Below, piece after piece: positions 28,866 to 39,533 of a DNA stretch of 64,000 nt. Position numbers and translations under genes: made by a program. The notes under the pieces are model-generated. The model did not search any database. It was not told the origin of the DNA and saw nothing but the letters and a program-made list of their open reading frames with translations. Origin of the DNA: an uncultured Pelagibacteraceae bacterium. Its GTDB lineage: Bacteria > Pseudomonadota > Alphaproteobacteria > Pelagibacterales > Pelagibacteraceae. The DNA lies in the NCBI GenBank assembly GCA_902579585.1, contig CACHHJ010000001.1, forward strand, positions 7,175-71,174. Direction: 5' to 3'. Numbering within the stretch: position 1 is the first letter of the stretch; each line of letters opens with the position of its first letter.

Positions 28866-30585
28866 TCGAATTTTTATTATCATCATTTATTCTTGTCTTT
28901 TATTTAGCAATTTAAATGCAGAGGAAAGTATAGATATATGGAAAAAACAAAAAAGTACGATAACTAAAAAAAATGATATAATAGATAAAAAAGAGTCACC
29001 CAAAATCAATATATTAGAAAAAAATAATTCAAATCAAAAAATTACAATTATAGAAGAAAAACAAACCGAACCTGATCAAGTTCAGCTTTTAGGACTTCAT
29101 GATCCTGGCAAAAACGATTTAACACTCAACATGTGGGTCAATAGTGACGGAGAGCTTATTAAGAGTACATTTAATAGAATTTCAAAAATTAATCTATCAG
29201 ATTTTTCTGAGAAACTTTTTGAAGAAGTAATTTTTACATACTCTTATCCACCAAATAAAAATCTATCTCAAGACGAATTTTTGGAATTTAAAGTAAATTG
29301 GCTTATTAGTAATTCAAAAGTAGAATTAATTGAAAACTTTTTAAATAATAATTTAGAATTTAAAGGAAGATCGAAATTAATTAAATATTTAGTCGATCAC
29401 TATATAGCTACCGCAGATATAACTAAGAGTTGTGAAAATGCAAATTTTATTAATAAAGAAATTAAAGATAACTATTTAGAAAAATTTAGAGTTTATTGTT
29501 TGATATTAAATAAAAAAATAGAGCAAGCACAAATAAATTTTGATTTGCTAAGAGAAGAAAAAAGATCAGATAAATTTTTTGATAATAAAATTTTATTTCT
29601 TTTAGGCATAAATACAAAACCAGATAATCAAATTTCCGATAAAAACCTCTTACATTTCTATTTGTCATCAATAACTGTTGAAAATTTTAAATATGATCCA
29701 ACAAAAAAAACCGATAAAAATATATGGAAATACTTAACAGCATCAAATCTTATTTCCACCAACCAACTTGAAGATCCAGAAATAATAAATAAATATGAAT
29801 TCGCTGCAAATGAGGGAAATTTTGACAAAAATAAAATTTTTGATATTTATTTATCCATACCATTTAATATTAACCAATTAATTAATGCAAAAACTATTCA
29901 TCTTGGTTTGAGCGGATATCAAGCTAGAGCATTGATTTATCAAAAAATTTTACTTACGGAAAATACTGAGAACAAGTTAGATTTACTTTTTGTATTAAAA
30001 GACTTATTTGAAAAAGATAAGTTGAATAATATTTATAGAGAATACTTAAGTGATGCTCTTAAATCTATAGAACCAGAAGATATCCCTGATGCACAAAAAA
30101 AACTTGTGTCACAAAATATTATTTTAGAAAAAAGTAATAATCTTGGCAAAATCAAATACGATGATAAAATTTTACATCGTTCGAAGGCAATTAAGTTATT
30201 TACAGAAGATAATCCAAGCAAAGATAAAATAAATAAAGAGTTTTTAAGTATATATAAAAAAATAAGTAAAAATAAAAAATATTTTTTTTCTACTAAAGAT
30301 GTAATTCTTTTAGAAACCTTCAATTCAGATGGTTATAAAATGCCAAAAGAATTGGATATTTCATCACTTTCGAAAAATTTTACAATCCCATCAAATATAA
30401 ATGAACTAATAGAAAAGAATGAAATTGGCATGCTCATGCTCAAACTTGTTGAGATAATTGGTAGTGATGATGTTGAAAACTTAGATCCTGAAACGTTATA
30501 TTTTATAGTTAGTCTTTTAAATAAAGCAAAAATTAAAAAGGTTAGAAATAAAATTTTAAATCTCACACTACCTTTAAGAGTATAA
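28819..30585 (+). CDS. secreted/periplasmic protein of unknown function (about 590 aa)
   Basis: Signal-peptide-like N-terminus (...SRIFIIIIYSCLLFSNLNA/EES) and a long uninterrupted ORF. No family motif recognised. Alternative ATG at 28834; the ORF-track start at 28789 is TTG. Confidence 0.7.
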   Translation: MKLTRMLLTKLSNFVSRIFIIIIYSCLLFSNLNAEESIDIWKKQKSTITKKNDIIDKKESPKINILEKNNSNQKITIIEEKQTEPDQVQLLGLHDPGKNDLTLNMWVNSDGELIKSTFNRISKINLSDFSEKLFEEVIFTYSYPPNKNLSQDEFLEFKVNWLISNSKVELIENFLNNNLEFKGRSKLIKYLVDHYIATADITKSCENANFINKEIKDNYLEKFRVYCLILNKKIEQAQINFDLLREEKRSDKFFDNKILFLLGINTKPDNQISDKNLLHFYLSSITVENFKYDPTKKTDKNIWKYLTASNLISTNQLEDPEIINKYEFAANEGNFDKNKIFDIYLSIPFNINQLINAKTIHLGLSGYQARALIYQKILLTENTENKLDLLFVLKDLFEKDKLNNIYREYLSDALKSIEPEDIPDAQKKLVSQNIILEKSNNLGKIKYDDKILHRSKAIKLFTEDNPSKDKINKEFLSIYKKISKNKKYFFSTKDVILLETFNSDGYKMPKELDISSLSKNFTIPSNINELIEKNEIGMLMLKLVEIIGSDDVENLDPETLYFIVSLLNKAKIKKVRNKILNLTLPLRV

Positions 30586-30603
30586 TTATAATATAAGTTT
30601 CCA

Positions 30604-31128
30604 ATGGCTATTAAAAAAATTGTAACCGTTCCTGACTCAATTTTGAGAAAAAAATCATTGGTTGTCGAAAAGGTTGATAAAGAAATAAAAAATCTGATGG
30701 ATGATATGTTAGAGACAATGTATAAAGCACCCGGAATTGGTTTAGCGGCTGTTCAAATAGGCATTCCAAAAAGGATTGTTGTAATTGATATCTCAAAAGA
30801 TGAGAACAAGAAAGATCCGATTTATTTTGTAAATCCAGAGTTAACTTGGAAGTCAAAAGAAAAGGCAACTTATGAAGAAGGATGTTTATCTATACCAGAT
30901 CAATTTGCAAAGATAGATAGACCAGAAAAATGTACAGTAAAATTTTTGGACTATAATGGAAATACCAAAGAGATGAAAGCCGAGGGACTTTTAGCTACTT
31001 GTATCCAGCATGAAATTGATCATTTAAACGGTATCTTATTTATTGATTATTTATCTAAACTTAAAAAAGATATTATTATAAAAAAATTATCAAAAAATAA
31101 AAAAGAATTAGAAAGAATAGTAGTTTAA
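30604..31128 (+). CDS. def: peptide deformylase
   Basis: GIGLAAVQIG, EGCLS and HEIDHLNG motifs. Confidence 0.95.
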   Translation: MAIKKIVTVPDSILRKKSLVVEKVDKEIKNLMDDMLETMYKAPGIGLAAVQIGIPKRIVVIDISKDENKKDPIYFVNPELTWKSKEKATYEEGCLSIPDQFAKIDRPEKCTVKFLDYNGNTKEMKAEGLLATCIQHEIDHLNGILFIDYLSKLKKDIIIKKLSKNKKELERIVV

Positions 31129-31141
31129 CTTCAAAAATTTA

Positions 31142-32062
31142 ATGTCAAAAAAAATAGTTTTCATGGGGACCCCGGAGTTCGCAGTTCCTTCTTTGAAAGA
31201 ATTAAAAAATTCTGACTATGAAATTTTAACGGTTTACTCACAACCTGCTAGCAAAGCTAATAGAGGACAAAAGTTAACCAAATCGGAAGTTGAAATTACT
31301 TCAGAAAAATTATCCTTAAATTTGAGAACTCCTTTATTACTTGATAATGATCAAGAATATAATTTTCTTAAATCTATAAAACCAGAAATGGTTGTTGTTG
31401 TAGCTTATGGAAAAATTATTCCAAAAAGATTTTTAAATTTACCAAAATTTGGCTTTATAAATGTCCATGCATCTTTATTACCTAAATGGAGGGGGGCAGC
31501 TCCAATGCAAAGATCGATAATGAATTTAGATCATGAAACAGGAATAACAATTATGAAAATCGTAGAAGAGTTAGATGCTGGCCCAATTATTCATCAAGAT
31601 AAAATTAAAATAAATGAAAATGTTGATACTCTAAGTCTATCAAAACTTTTATCTCAATTAGGTGCTAAATCATTAATAAAAGCAATGAATAAAATTTTTA
31701 ACGGAGATATCTCTTTTCAGGAACAAAATCATAAAGAGGCAACTTATGCTAAAAAAATTTCAAAAGAAGAAGCAAAAATTAATTGGAATAATTCTGCCAA
31801 AACAATTTTAGCTAAAATTAATGGGCTTAATCCAAACCCAGGTGCATGGTTTAAATATAAAAACCAGAGATACAAGGTATGGAAAGCCAATATATCAAAT
31901 ACTTCCGGTAGTCCTGGAACAATTGTAGATAAAATGCTTACAATTGCTTGTAAAGAACAATCAATTCAAATTTTAGAGATCCAAAAAGAAGGAAAGAGCA
32001 GGCAACAAATCGATCAATTCTTGTTAGGCAATAATATTAAAATGGGCGAAAGCATAGATTAA
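31142..32062 (+). CDS. fmt: methionyl-tRNA formyltransferase
   Basis: IVFMGTPEFAVP, NVHASLLPKWRGAAPMQR and def-fmt synteny. Confidence 0.95.
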   Translation: MSKKIVFMGTPEFAVPSLKELKNSDYEILTVYSQPASKANRGQKLTKSEVEITSEKLSLNLRTPLLLDNDQEYNFLKSIKPEMVVVVAYGKIIPKRFLNLPKFGFINVHASLLPKWRGAAPMQRSIMNLDHETGITIMKIVEELDAGPIIHQDKIKINENVDTLSLSKLLSQLGAKSLIKAMNKIFNGDISFQEQNHKEATYAKKISKEEAKINWNNSAKTILAKINGLNPNPGAWFKYKNQRYKVWKANISNTSGSPGTIVDKMLTIACKEQSIQILEIQKEGKSRQQIDQFLLGNNIKMGESID

Positions 32063-32802
32063 TGTTCACCTATCAAATTGATTTAGAATACCTAGGTACA
32101 AATTTCGTTGGATGGCAGTTTCAAAAGAATGGTGTTTCGGTGCAGGAAGTTTTGGAAAAAGCTTTATCTAAATTTTTAAATGACAAAATAAAAGTCATTG
32201 GATCAGGCAGAACCGATGCTGGAGTACATGCAAAAGGACAATCTGCACATTTTAAGACTAATAAAAAAATAGATTATAAAAATAATTTCATTAACTCTAT
32301 GAACTTCTTTTTACGCAAGTATCCTGTTTCCATTCTTAGCATAAGAAAAAGAACAAAGATGTTTCACGCCAGACATAGTGCAAAAAAAAGAACCTATAAA
32401 TATTTTATTATAAATAGGTTCTCATCTTTGGTTTTAGACAAAACAAAAGCTTGGCATGTTAAAAAAAAACTAAATATTAAGATTATGAGGAAAGGTGCAA
32501 AATTATTAATGGGCACCCATAATTTTTCTACATTTCGATCTTCATCTTGTCAGTCAAAATCTCCAATAAAAACTCTGAAGAAAGCACAAATTAAAAAAGA
32601 AAAAAATAAAATCATCTTCACATTTGAGTCAAAATCTTTTTTACAGCAGCAAGTAAGATCGATGGTAGGTGCAATCAAATATTTAGGTGAAGGAAAGTGG
32701 AGTTTAAAAGATTTCAAGAAGGCATTTCTATCTAAAAAAAGATCAATGTGTGCTCCTCCAGCACCTGCACATGGACTTTACCTATATGAAGTTAAGTATT
32801 GA
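32062..32802 (+). CDS. truA: tRNA pseudouridine(38-40) synthase
   Basis: YLGTNFVGWQFQ, GSGRTDAGVHA and GTHNFSTF motifs. Confidence 0.93.
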   Translation: MFTYQIDLEYLGTNFVGWQFQKNGVSVQEVLEKALSKFLNDKIKVIGSGRTDAGVHAKGQSAHFKTNKKIDYKNNFINSMNFFLRKYPVSILSIRKRTKMFHARHSAKKRTYKYFIINRFSSLVLDKTKAWHVKKKLNIKIMRKGAKLLMGTHNFSTFRSSSCQSKSPIKTLKKAQIKKEKNKIIFTFESKSFLQQQVRSMVGAIKYLGEGKWSLKDFKKAFLSKKRSMCAPPAPAHGLYLYEVKY

Positions 32803-33934
32803 AGTAGTTTTTTAAAATAAGAAAGTAAATTTTAGTTAATTTTTTTAAGTCTGACACAGATACACTTTCATCAATTTTATGCATTGTTTTTCCAACAAGT
32901 CCAAATTCCAAACAAGGCGCAATATTTTTCATAAATCTTGCATCTGATGTTCCACCTGAAGTAGATAGTTTAGGTTTAATACCTGTGATTTTTTTAATTG
33001 TATTTTGAATCATATAAGTGGTTTTATTAGGTTTTGTCAAAAATGATTCACCTGAGGTTTCATATTTTATTTTAAATCTACATTTGTTACTTTTAGATAA
33101 TAATCTAAACACATTGTTTAATTTTCTTTTTAGAGAACTAGAAGAATGTCTATCATTAAATCTAATATTAAATACTGCCTCTGCAGATCCAGGAATAACA
33201 TTATCTGCATTATTATTTATATTAATTTTTGTAACTTCTAAATTTGAAGGTTGAAAATTCTTTGTACCTTTATCAAATTTAAGCTCTTTAATTTTTTTTA
33301 GAATTTTAATTAATGCGTTCGAAGGATTATTGGCTCTATGAGGGTAAGCCACATGTCCTTGCGAACCAATAATTGTAAGCCTTCCAGTCAAACTTCCTCT
33401 TCTTCCTATTTTTATCATTTCACCAAGTTTATTTGGATTTGTAGGTTCACCTACGATACAAAAGTTAATCCTTTCTCTCTTTTTTTTTAAATATTTAACA
33501 ACTCTTTTGGTTCCGTTAATCGCAATTCCTTCTTCATCTCCGGTGATTAATAAGCTGATCGAACCTTTAAAATTTTTATTTTTATTTTTAAACTTGCTCA
33601 CTGCTGCCACAAAGCATGCAATTGAAGCTTTCATATCATTAGCTCCTCTACCAATTAATCTGTTATTTTTTACAGTTGGTTTAAATGGATTAACTGTCCA
33701 TTCCTTAATATTCCCTGGCGGAACAACATCAGTGTGACCAGCGTAGCAAAAATTTGGAGAATTTTTACCAAGTTTTGCATACAAATTTTTTACATTTTTA
33801 AAATTAATCAATTTACATTTAAAACCAATAGATTTTAAATTTTTAGCTAATAAATTTATTGCTCCAGCATCTTTAGGCGTAACACTGGGTTTACGAATCA
33901 AATCTTTTGCTAATTTTAATTCACTTATTTGCAT
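32792..33934 (-). CDS. dapE: succinyl-diaminopimelate desuccinylase (M20 family)
   Basis: 380 aa with YAGHTDVVPPG, GRGANDMK and ITGDEEG, adjacent to dapD. Confidence 0.92.
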   Translation of the reverse strand: MQISELKLAKDLIRKPSVTPKDAGAINLLAKNLKSIGFKCKLINFKNVKNLYAKLGKNSPNFCYAGHTDVVPPGNIKEWTVNPFKPTVKNNRLIGRGANDMKASIACFVAAVSKFKNKNKNFKGSISLLITGDEEGIAINGTKRVVKYLKKKRERINFCIVGEPTNPNKLGEMIKIGRRGSLTGRLTIIGSQGHVAYPHRANNPSNALIKILKKIKELKFDKGTKNFQPSNLEVTKININNNADNVIPGSAEAVFNIRFNDRHSSSSLKRKLNNVFRLLSKSNKCRFKIKYETSGESFLTKPNKTTYMIQNTIKKITGIKPKLSTSGGTSDARFMKNIAPCLEFGLVGKTMHKIDESVSVSDLKKLTKIYFLILKNYFNT

Positions 33935-33940
33935 GATCTT

Positions 33941-34765
33941 TTAATCTCTTAACAAATCGTTTATAGAAGTTTTACTTCTAGTTTTTTCGTCTACTTTTTT
34001 TACAATTACCACACAATATAGTGATGGCCCCTTAGGATTATTTTTGCTTGGCATTGACCCTGGAACAACTACTGAGTAAGCAGGAACTTTGCCATAATGA
34101 ATTTCACCTGATGCTCGATCAATAATTCTCGTTGAGGCTCCGATGTAAACTCCCATAGATAAAACTGAGCCTTTTTCAACAATAATACCTTCTGCTATTT
34201 CTGCTCTTGCTCCCAAGAAACAATTATCCTCCACTATAGTTGGATTGGCTTGCATTGGTTCTAAAACACCACCAATACCTGCACCACCAGAAATATGACA
34301 ATTTTTTCCAACCTGAGCACATGATCCTACAGATGCCCAAGTGTCGATCATAGTTCCTTCATCAACGTATGCGCCAACATTTATAAAAGAAGGCATTAGC
34401 ACAACATTTTTAGCAATGTGAGCACCTTTTCTTATAACACCGTTAGGGACATATCTAAAACCAGCTTTCTTAACTTGTTCTTCACTCCACCCTTGGGTTT
34501 TTCCATCTACTTTATCGTACCAAGTAGAGTAGGGCCCTTTAGACGCTTTCATTTTATTTACACGAAAACTTAAAAGTATAGCTTTTTTAATCCATTGATT
34601 GACTTGCCATTTATCACCTTTCTTTTCTGCAACTCTAATTCTACCGTTATCTAATAAATCTATAGTTTCCCGGATTAACTCAGTAACCTCTTTGTTAGAG
34701 GCATCTAATTTAGCTTTATTTTCAAAAGCTTCATTTATAGATTTTTCAATTTTTTCTAAGTTCAT
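33941..34765 (-). CDS. dapD: 2,3,4,5-tetrahydropyridine-2,6-dicarboxylate N-succinyltransferase
   Basis: 274 aa with hexapeptide repeats and highly conserved [20 protein letters not shown]...GGVLEP. Confidence 0.95.
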   Translation of the reverse strand: MNLEKIEKSINEAFENKAKLDASNKEVTELIRETIDLLDNGRIRVAEKKGDKWQVNQWIKKAILLSFRVNKMKASKGPYSTWYDKVDGKTQGWSEEQVKKAGFRYVPNGVIRKGAHIAKNVVLMPSFINVGAYVDEGTMIDTWASVGSCAQVGKNCHISGGAGIGGVLEPMQANPTIVEDNCFLGARAEIAEGIIVEKGSVLSMGVYIGASTRIIDRASGEIHYGKVPAYSVVVPGSMPSKNNPKGPSLYCVVIVKKVDEKTRSKTSINDLLRD

Positions 34766-35417
34766 TTATATCTTTTAAAAAAGTCGTTAAGTTTTCAGTT
34801 CTATAATTTATAAAATTTTCATTTGAATATTTTGCTGCCCAAGGTTCGTTATTTTTAATCCAAACAGTTTTCATACCTAATTCATGAGCAGGTTTCAAAT
34901 TTCTTGCAATATCCTCAATAAATATACAATATTGTGGCTCAATTTTGTATTTATCAATTAATCTTTTGTAAGTTTCCATAGCAGGTTTTGGGATAAAATC
35001 TGAGTCCACAATGTCAAAAATTCCGTCAAAAAGCTTATTAATTCCAATTCTTTTAGTTACATTTTCGGCGTGAGCCCGAGAGCCGTTAGTAAATATTATT
35101 TTTTTATCTTTTATTTTACTAAGCTCAAGCTCTAAACCTTTATCATTTTTAAGGAATTCTAAATCAATATCGTGTACAAAATCTAGAAATTCTTGCGCAT
35201 TTATCTCATGATTTTTGATCATACCATTTAAGGTCGTATTGTACTCGTGGAAATAATTTTTTTGTATTTTTTTAGCTTCATCAATGCTGACGTTTAGTTT
35301 ATCCGAAATGTATTTGGACATTCTTTTGTCAACCTGATCAAAAACTTTAGTATCACCTGAGTAAAGAGTGTTATCTAGGTCGAATAACCAGTATTTTATA
35401 TTTAATAGATCTTTCAT
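34746..35417 (-). CDS. HAD-superfamily hydrolase (pyrimidine 5'-nucleotidase-like)
   Basis: 223 aa with [10 protein letters not shown] (DxDxT), TNGSRAHA and FIEDIARNL motifs. Confidence 0.8.
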   Translation of the reverse strand: MKDLLNIKYWLFDLDNTLYSGDTKVFDQVDKRMSKYISDKLNVSIDEAKKIQKNYFHEYNTTLNGMIKNHEINAQEFLDFVHDIDLEFLKNDKGLELELSKIKDKKIIFTNGSRAHAENVTKRIGINKLFDGIFDIVDSDFIPKPAMETYKRLIDKYKIEPQYCIFIEDIARNLKPAHELGMKTVWIKNNEPWAAKYSNENFINYRTENLTTFLKDINELRKN

Positions 35418-36283
35418 TTTCTAATAAGAGTGCCAGCACCCTGATCCGAAAAGATTTCTTTTAGTATTGATCTTGGCTTTCTACCATCGAGAATAACAAC
35501 ACCTCTCACACCATTTTCAACTGCATCAATACAATTTTTTATTTTCGGTATCATCCCCCCTTGAATAATTTTTAGTTTAACTAAATTTTCCATATCAAAG
35601 GGTTTTATTTCTGATATTAATGTTTTTCTATCATCATAAACACCTTCAACATTTGTCATTAATAAAAGTCTCCTAGATTTTAATTTCTTTGCTATAGCAC
35701 TAGCTGCAGTATCTCCATTAATATTATAAGTTTGTTTATCTTTATCTAAACCCAGCGGAGCAACAATTGGTATTTGATTTTGACTTATAATATTTTTAAT
35801 AATTTCTATATTTATTTCTTGTGGAACCCCTACAAAACCAAGCTCAGGTTGATCGGGGGTTACATTAATAATATTATTTTTTTTTGTATTTACTGATACT
35901 GCTTTAGATCCTTTTTTATTTAGTGAGTCGACAATATCATTATTAAAATCGATAAGTACCTTTTCGACAATATTTATTACATCTTTGTTTGTGACCCTTA
36001 AGCCATTAATAAACTTACTTTGAATATTACTTTTTTTTAATTCTCTTTCTATTCTTGGGCCCCCACCATGAACAATTACAATTGAAAGACCTAATTTATT
36101 TAAAACACTTATATCTTGAATAAAATTGTTAAAAATATTTCTGTCAATTAAAACATTTCCACCATACTTTATAACTATTAAGTTCTTTTTATATTTTTTA
36201 ATATATTTTGGAACATTTGTTACATCCGGTGCATCTTTGGGCCAAAATTTTTTTATTTCTTCTAAACTTTTTTCCACAGACAT
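35414..36283 (-). CDS. argB: acetylglutamate kinase
   Basis: 289 aa with IKYGGN, VHGGGP, INGDTAA and LLLMTNVEGV. Confidence 0.95.
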   Translation of the reverse strand: MSVEKSLEEIKKFWPKDAPDVTNVPKYIKKYKKNLIVIKYGGNVLIDRNIFNNFIQDISVLNKLGLSIVIVHGGGPRIERELKKSNIQSKFINGLRVTNKDVINIVEKVLIDFNNDIVDSLNKKGSKAVSVNTKKNNIINVTPDQPELGFVGVPQEINIEIIKNIISQNQIPIVAPLGLDKDKQTYNINGDTAASAIAKKLKSRRLLLMTNVEGVYDDRKTLISEIKPFDMENLVKLKIIQGGMIPKIKNCIDAVENGVRGVVILDGRKPRSILKEIFSDQGAGTLIRK

Positions 36284-37978
36284 TTATTTTGTTTTAACCG
36301 TTGTTCTCTTCATAATTACCCATTGCTGAGCTATGGTTAAAATGTTGTTAATTGTCCAATAAACAACAAGTCCTGAAGGAAAAGGTGCGAGTATAATTGT
36401 AAGAAATAACGGAAAGAACATAAATATTTTTGCTTGAATAGGATCTGGTGGTGTTGGATTAAGCTTTTGTTGCAAAAACATAGTTGCCCCCATCATTATT
36501 GGCCACGCCCCTATTATTAAAAAAGAAGGAGGATCCCATGGTATCAAACCAAAAAAATTAAATATCGATGTTGGATCCTGTGCTGACAAATCTTTTATCC
36601 AACCAAAAAATGGCTGATGTCTCATTTCAAGAGAAATAAATAGCATTTTATATATAGCAAAAAAGAAAGGTATCTGGATTAAAATTGGAAGGCACCCTGA
36701 TAACGGGTTTACTTTTTCTCTTTTATAAAGCGCCATCATCTCTTGTTGAAGTTTTACTTTGTCTTCTTTATGAAGTTCTTTTAATCTCAATAATTCAGGT
36801 TGTAATATTTTCATTTTTGCCATTGATCTAAATGAATAATTAGCAAGAGGGAAAAATAATAACCTCACCGCAGCTGTTACTAAAACAATAGCTATCCCAA
36901 AGTTTTTTGTTAGTTCGAACAAATAATTCATTATAAAAAATAGAGGTTTGGTGAAAAAGTAGAACCAACCCCAATCGATTGCTAAATCAAATTTATTTAT
37001 ACTTTCTGTTGCTGCATACCCGTCTATTACTTTAACCTCTTTGGCTGCCACAAACACTTTTGACTCCGAAGTTCCTGTCCCAGAAGGCTGAATGACCACA
37101 GGTTTGTTTTGAATGTAGTTTGCTTTAAAACCATTTTTGTATGTAAATTCTCCTTTAAATGATTGATTTTTTTCTGGTACTAAAGCTGTTAACCAATACT
37201 TATCCGTGATACCAAGCCAACCTTCTCCAGCAGAGTATTCTTTCTTTTTATCTTTAACATCATCGTAGCCCTCTTCCTCCAAGCTCTCATCGAAAACACC
37301 AATAAAACCCTCATGTAAAATATAAAAATCTAAAACATCTGGGTCTTGGTTTCTTGTTATCTGAGCATAAGGATAAAGCTCAACCCTTTTACTTGAATCA
37401 TTTTGAACTTCTTGTGTAATTCTAAATAGAAACTTTTCATCTAATTCAATTTTCTTTCTAAAGATTATTCCTAATTTATTGTTCCACTCAGCAGTAACTG
37501 GATTTCCAACTGAAAGTTTATTATTTCCTACTACTTTCCACAAAGAATTTTTTGTTGGAAGCGAAATATTGGTGATCTTGCTTGCTGCCCATCCAGTTTC
37601 AATAAAATATCCATCATTTGTTTCTGAAGGATTCAGATATTTTACCTTTTCATTTGAATCTACGTCTTTATTGTATTTTTTAAAAATAATATCATCTATT
37701 AAAAGTCCCTTTAACGAAATTGAGCCTTTTACATTTTCATTCTCAAAATTTATTCTTTTTGTTGACTTGATTGCATCATCTCTTGATATGTTCAGAACTT
37801 TTTCTTTTTCAACACTCACACTAGGTACATCAGAATCGTCACTTTCTGTATTTGTTGAACTTTTAGACTGCTCTAATTTTTTTTGTTCCTCTATTTGTGG
37901 GGTCTCGAAAATTACTGACCAACCAAATAAAACAGCAAATGAGAGAGCAATTGCAAATATTACGTTTTTTAAGTCCAT
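36284..37978 (-). CDS. yidC: membrane protein insertase YidC
   Basis: 564 aa. N-terminal TM, large periplasmic domain and conserved C-terminal core (...NPLSGCLPILIQIPFFFAIY...). rnpA-yidD-yidC synteny. Confidence 0.95.
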   Translation of the reverse strand: MDLKNVIFAIALSFAVLFGWSVIFETPQIEEQKKLEQSKSSTNTESDDSDVPSVSVEKEKVLNISRDDAIKSTKRINFENENVKGSISLKGLLIDDIIFKKYNKDVDSNEKVKYLNPSETNDGYFIETGWAASKITNISLPTKNSLWKVVGNNKLSVGNPVTAEWNNKLGIIFRKKIELDEKFLFRITQEVQNDSSKRVELYPYAQITRNQDPDVLDFYILHEGFIGVFDESLEEEGYDDVKDKKKEYSAGEGWLGITDKYWLTALVPEKNQSFKGEFTYKNGFKANYIQNKPVVIQPSGTGTSESKVFVAAKEVKVIDGYAATESINKFDLAIDWGWFYFFTKPLFFIMNYLFELTKNFGIAIVLVTAAVRLLFFPLANYSFRSMAKMKILQPELLRLKELHKEDKVKLQQEMMALYKREKVNPLSGCLPILIQIPFFFAIYKMLFISLEMRHQPFFGWIKDLSAQDPTSIFNFFGLIPWDPPSFLIIGAWPIMMGATMFLQQKLNPTPPDPIQAKIFMFFPLFLTIILAPFPSGLVVYWTINNILTIAQQWVIMKRTTVKTK

Positions 37979-38227
37979 TTAATTTTTTTTCTTTTTTGGC
38001 ACAAGATCTATTCCAGAATTCCCACCTAAAATTTTTACTGGATGACATTTAGTTATTCTTCTGAAGCCCAAATATGTACCTTTTAAAGGGCCGTGTAATT
38101 CTAAAGATTCTATAAAATACTCTGAACAAGTTGGTAAAAATCTGCAGTTTTGACCCAAAATAGGAGAAATTAAAAATTTATAGGTTTTTATTAAAATAAT
38201 CAAAATATAATTTATTAATTTTATCAT
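37979..38227 (-). CDS. yidD: membrane protein insertion efficiency factor YidD
   Basis: 82 aa with YKFLISPILGQNCRFLPTCSEY. Confidence 0.9.
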   Translation of the reverse strand: MIKLINYILIILIKTYKFLISPILGQNCRFLPTCSEYFIESLELHGPLKGTYLGFRRITKCHPVKILGGNSGIDLVPKKKKN

Positions 38228-38583
38228 TATTCTTTATTTATTTTGTTAAAACTTCTTTCCATATATTTAAATAATGAATTACTATGTTCAGTGTAAATTT
38301 TCTCTTTACCAAAAATTACATAAGTATAATTTAAATTTATTGAATTATTAACTCTTAGCATTTTCTGAACTACGCCTTTTAATTTTCTTTTGATTCTGTT
38401 TCTTTTTACTGCATTTCCAACTTTTTTTTTCATTACAAAGCTTATATATAATTTTTTTTGATTACTTGCTTTTTTTATAAAATTTTTTTTACGATATATA
38501 GTATAAAAATCGTTATTTAAGACTCTGTTTTTTAAAACAGTCCCAAAATGTGAACTTTTCTTCAAGCTTTCAAGTCTTGTCAT
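38227..38583 (-). CDS. rnpA: ribonuclease P protein component
   Basis: I take the start at the ATG at 38583 (MTRLESLKKSSHFG...). The longer ORF-track start at 38679 runs through rpmH in another frame. Basic RNR-like region VKRNRIKRKL. Confidence 0.85.
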   Translation of the reverse strand: MTRLESLKKSSHFGTVLKNRVLNNDFYTIYRKKNFIKKASNQKKLYISFVMKKKVGNAVKRNRIKRKLKGVVQKMLRVNNSINLNYTYVIFGKEKIYTEHSNSLFKYMERSFNKINKE

Positions 38584-38590
38584 TGTGTAT

Positions 38591-38725
38591 TTATGTAGAA
38601 AGTCTTTTTCGACCCTTAGCTCTTCTCCTCGCCAAAAGTTGTCTTCCAGCTTTAGTAGACATTCTGTTTCTGAAGCCATGTCTTCTTTTTCTGATTAACT
38701 TGCTTGGTTGGTAAGTTCTTTTCAT
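38591..38725 (-). CDS. rpmH: 50S ribosomal protein L34
   Basis: Hand translation gives [44 protein letters not shown], 44 aa. It is absent from the ORF track because it is under 60 aa. Confidence 0.95.
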   Translation of the reverse strand: MKRTYQPSKLIRKRRHGFRNRMSTKAGRQLLARRRAKGRKRLST

Positions 38726-38803
38726 AAGATTTCTCTGGTTAGTATTAATTTTTTTGATATTTATAGGTAATAAGCTTGTATAAGTACAGTTAAAAATTAG
38801 TTT

Positions 38804-39532
38804 ATGAATATTACTTCAAGAAATTTAAAATTAGTTATTGGCGCTACTTATTTAATAGCGCTTTTTGCGGTTCTATATTTTGTATTTTCTTTTATTGATG
38901 TAAAAGATCTTTCAAATTATGAATTCATTAGAGCTTACAAAGAAAGCATTTTTCAGTATAAAAATAATAATCTATTTTTACTCACTATAGTCTTTTTTAT
39001 TTTTACGATAATTTGGATATTACTTTTAGGTTTTGCAGGCCCGATCCTACTTTTTGCTGGATTCGTTTATGGTAAATGGTTTGGAATCTTGATTGTATTA
39101 ACCGCAACAACGATTGGTGCAACTCTTTTATACATTTTAGCAGGACTGTTTTTTAGAGATTTAATAAGAGAAAAATTGGAACATAGGTTTTCTAATTTAA
39201 AAAGTTTCTTTAAAAAAAATGAATTATTTTATTTTCTAATGTACAGGTTTGTCGGAGGTGGTGGGGTACCATACGGAATTCAAAACGTCTTACCAGTATT
39301 ATTCGATATTTCTATAAAAAATTATTTTTTGGGTACTCTTATTGGGAGTGGTCCATTAATGTTTGTAAGCGTTGCTTTAGGTTCTGGTATAGAGAGTTTT
39401 ATTGATAAAAATGAAGAATTAAGTATTTTTGCAGTAATTACTTCGCCAGATATATATTTACCCATCTTAGCTTTTTTTATTGTTATCTTACTTGCATTTA
39501 TTTTTAGAAAATTTATTTTTAAAAAAAATTAA
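38804..39532 (+). CDS. TVP38/TMEM64 (DedA-superfamily, SNARE-associated) membrane protein
   Basis: 242 aa, polytopic. ...[17 protein letters not shown]... and [14 protein letters not shown] are typical of the family. Confidence 0.8.
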   Translation: MNITSRNLKLVIGATYLIALFAVLYFVFSFIDVKDLSNYEFIRAYKESIFQYKNNNLFLLTIVFFIFTIIWILLLGFAGPILLFAGFVYGKWFGILIVLTATTIGATLLYILAGLFFRDLIREKLEHRFSNLKSFFKKNELFYFLMYRFVGGGGVPYGIQNVLPVLFDISIKNYFLGTLIGSGPLMFVSVALGSGIESFIDKNEELSIFAVITSPDIYLPILAFFIVILLAFIFRKFIFKKN

Positions 39533-39533
39533 T

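Noticed and set aside
37479-37982. 167-aa plus-strand ORF antisense to yidC. Similar long antisense ORFs lie at 13300-13689, 23915-24289, 5276-5632, 56398-56757, 53347-53697 and 10715-11008.
   Set aside because: Each lies wholly inside a confidently identified gene on the other strand. Each has a low-complexity Phe/Ser/Ile-rich translation typical of shadow frames, and none has a family motif or independent start context.
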